Position numbers and translations under genes: made by a program. Source: an uncultured Kiritimatiellota bacterium (GTDB taxonomy: Bacteria; Verrucomicrobiota; Kiritimatiellia; RFP12; UBA1067). Taken from it: DNA of 64,000 nt. The stretch covers positions 6,278 to 70,277 of the forward strand of contig CAKULV010000002.1 in NCBI GenBank assembly GCA_934667425.1, in the 5' to 3' direction. The notes below the pieces were generated by a model. That model was not told where the DNA came from. It did not search any database and saw only the letters and a list, made by a program, of their open reading frames with translations. Shown piece after piece: positions 62,400-64,000 of this stretch (position 1 is its first letter; the number at the start of each line of letters is the position of its first letter).

Positions 62400-64000
62400 A
62401 TGACGCCTGCCGACTTTACGAGTGACATACTGATAGGATGGGGTGGGGGAGACGTGTTCAACCAGGCCCTCAACCTGGTCCAGCACGGAGGCGTGCTGAA
62501 GGCCGAATGGGATGACGTTGAGCATGTGATCTCCGGAGAGCTGGCAGGTGCATCCGGCTACCCGATGAAGCTGTCGTTCGAGGTGCTGGATGACGGAACG
62601 GTGATCTCCCGCTGTCCGTGCAGGATGAACCAGGAGTACGGACAGGTCTGCCCGCATGTCGTCGCTCTCGGCATCCACCAGATGGTCACGTTCATGCCGG
62701 AGGATGCGGAGGAGGATGAGGTCGCAGCCGGACCCAACGGCAGGACCGTGGCGAGGAGAGTGCCGGACAATGCGCGAATGGTGCCCGACACGCCGAAGTT
62801 CCGCCTCGAACTGTACGGCTCGTCGGTCGTCGCGCTTGGCGCGGAGGTGTTCGCCGCATACGGTGATGTGGAGCTTCCTTGCTGCGGCGTTGCGGATGTG
62901 GATGCGGTCATGCGGCAGGATCCGGACGACCCGCTTGTCTTCCATGTGCGGAATCCGGATGCCGAGGAGCGGGCGGTGAAGCTTCTGAAGGGTTATGGCT
63001 TCGAGGATGGAAGGCGGCTTTCCGTCACGGGACAATACCATGTGCTGAACTTCATGGGCTCGGGCATCCCGTATCTCCGGCGGCAGGGGTGGAAGGTGAA
63101 CCTGTCCCGGAAGCTCGATGCCCTAACCGAAAGGATTCCCACGATCATCCCCGTGGTGACGGTCAGGGACGCCCCGCGAGGGTCCTTTGACGTGGGCTAC
63201 ACGTTTGAGGTCAACGGGCGGCATGTCGACAGCCGCCTCGTAAACGCCGCCCTCAATCGGGGCGACAGCTTCCTGCTCAACGACGGGACGCCCTTGCTGT
63301 TCGACGCCGAGGCCATAACCGACATGCACTCGGTGTTCTCGGACTGCGCCAAGGTGCAGGGCGATGCGCCGCCCGGATTCTTCAGGGTGGGCGGGATATA
63401 CGCCCCATACGTCAAGAGCGCGGTGGAGTCGTTCGACGCGATATGCCTCGACGACGACGCGGCCCCTTCGTGGCGCGAGACCGCCGCAACGCGCAACCGG
63501 GACAGGAACGCCAGATTCGAGCCTGTGGATCTCGGTGCGCTCGAATCCACGCTTCGTCCGTACCAGAAGCAGGGCGTGTACTGGATGCGCTTCCTTGAGA
63601 AGAGCGGGCTTTCGGGACTGCTTGCCGACGAGATGGGGCTTGGCAAGACGCTTCAGACGCTCACATGGCTTTCGCTGCGCCGCACCGATCCGGATGCGCA
63701 GGGGAAGCCCGCGCTGATCGTATGCCCAACGTCGCTTGTGCGCAACTGGGAGGCGGAGGCCGCAAAGTTCACCCCATGGATGAAAAGGCTTGTGATATCG
63801 GGGGCCGATCGATTCGGATCCTTTGACCGCATCGACGGAGCAGACCTCGTGATAACGTCGTACGCGCTGCTCCAGAGGGACATCGAGGATGCCTACCTCG
63901 ACCGGAGCTTTTCGGTGGTCGTGCTCGACGAGGCCCAGCACATAAAGAACAGGTCTACACGCAACGCGAAGTCGGCGAAGCTGCTCAGAAGCGTCCAGAA
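62400..64000 (+). CDS. SWIM zinc-finger + SNF2-family helicase, 3' end runs off the window
   Basis: This frame is open from the ATG at 62400 to the window end and is not listed in the ORF track. It has a SWIM motif (CPCRMNQEYGQVCPHVVAL) and SNF2 motifs (LRPYQKQGVYWMRFL, LADEMGLGKTLQTL, VVLDEAQHIKN). Confidence 0.8.
   Translation, partial: MTPADFTSDILIGWGGGDVFNQALNLVQHGGVLKAEWDDVEHVISGELAGASGYPMKLSFEVLDDGTVISRCPCRMNQEYGQVCPHVVALGIHQMVTFMPEDAEEDEVAAGPNGRTVARRVPDNARMVPDTPKFRLELYGSSVVALGAEVFAAYGDVELPCCGVADVDAVMRQDPDDPLVFHVRNPDAEERAVKLLKGYGFEDGRRLSVTGQYHVLNFMGSGIPYLRRQGWKVNLSRKLDALTERIPTIIPVVTVRDAPRGSFDVGYTFEVNGRHVDSRLVNAALNRGDSFLLNDGTPLLFDAEAITDMHSVFSDCAKVQGDAPPGFFRVGGIYAPYVKSAVESFDAICLDDDAAPSWRETAATRNRDRNARFEPVDLGALESTLRPYQKQGVYWMRFLEKSGLSGLLADEMGLGKTLQTLTWLSLRRTDPDAQGKPALIVCPTSLVRNWEAEAAKFTPWMKRLVISGADRFGSFDRIDGADLVITSYALLQRDIEDAYLDRSFSVVVLDEAQHIKNRSTRNAKSAKLLRSVQ

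Noticed and set aside
62373-63041. 222-aa minus-strand ORF at the start of the SWIM-SNF2 region
   Set aside because: The plus-strand frame from 62400 carries SWIM and SNF2 motifs and stays open to the window end. The minus-strand ORF is its shadow.

Overview
This 64-kb window is a chromosomal segment from a high-GC bacterium. The gene content looks PVC-superphylum-like (Kiritimatiellota, Lentisphaerota or Verrucomicrobiota style). That impression rests on a prepilin-type 'GFTLVELLVVIGILGIL' protein, very large secreted LamG / autotransporter-beta-strand-repeat proteins, and a TAT-exported Gfo/Idh/MocA oxidoreductase next to a DUF1080 protein. This taxonomic placement is inference only. I call 44 CDS, including one very weak mini-ORF and partial genes at both window edges, plus one tRNA-Pro(GGG). 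I see no rRNA, CRISPR array, transposase or integrase. Gene layout: (1) housekeeping genes on the plus strand, 1-12.1 kb: prmA, mtaD-like, buk, rplM-rpsI, a DEAD-box helicase, an acyl-CoA ligase, a GT4 glycosyltransferase and 2-oxoacid:ferredoxin oxidoreductase delta+alpha subunits. (2) A low-GC3 island, 12.15-25.0 kb, carrying a sugar-acid catabolic module, an AraC/XylR-type regulator, a secreted repeat protein and a 1730-aa fusion of lyase-like, GH38-like and mutarotase-like domains. (3) A minus-strand housekeeping array, 25.0-35.4 kb: clpC, mcsB-like, mcsA, rodZ-like, ftsK, cdaA, ftsH. (4) Glycan-utilisation genes, 35.8-55.3 kb, with a NarL-type two-component system and a very high-GC3 block at about 43.3-51.9 kb. 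(5) rhaA, a pilin-like gene, priA, a NagB-like gene, a DegT-type aminotransferase and a partial SWIM-SNF2 helicase. The main hunt results are: a modular AT-rich intergenic repeat family with five clear copies and one possible degenerate copy, built from GGTAG heptads, GATTTRC heptads and a conserved box, together with associated GC-rich hairpin families; a three-class codon-composition mosaic that includes a breakpoint inside the histidine kinase gene; the giant fusion enzyme; a shared C-terminal R-x-G-hydrophobic-R tail on three secreted proteins; a degenerate McsB; and a recurrent extended -10 promoter motif with apparently leaderless genes. All product calls come from reading the translations by eye, and no database search was run.
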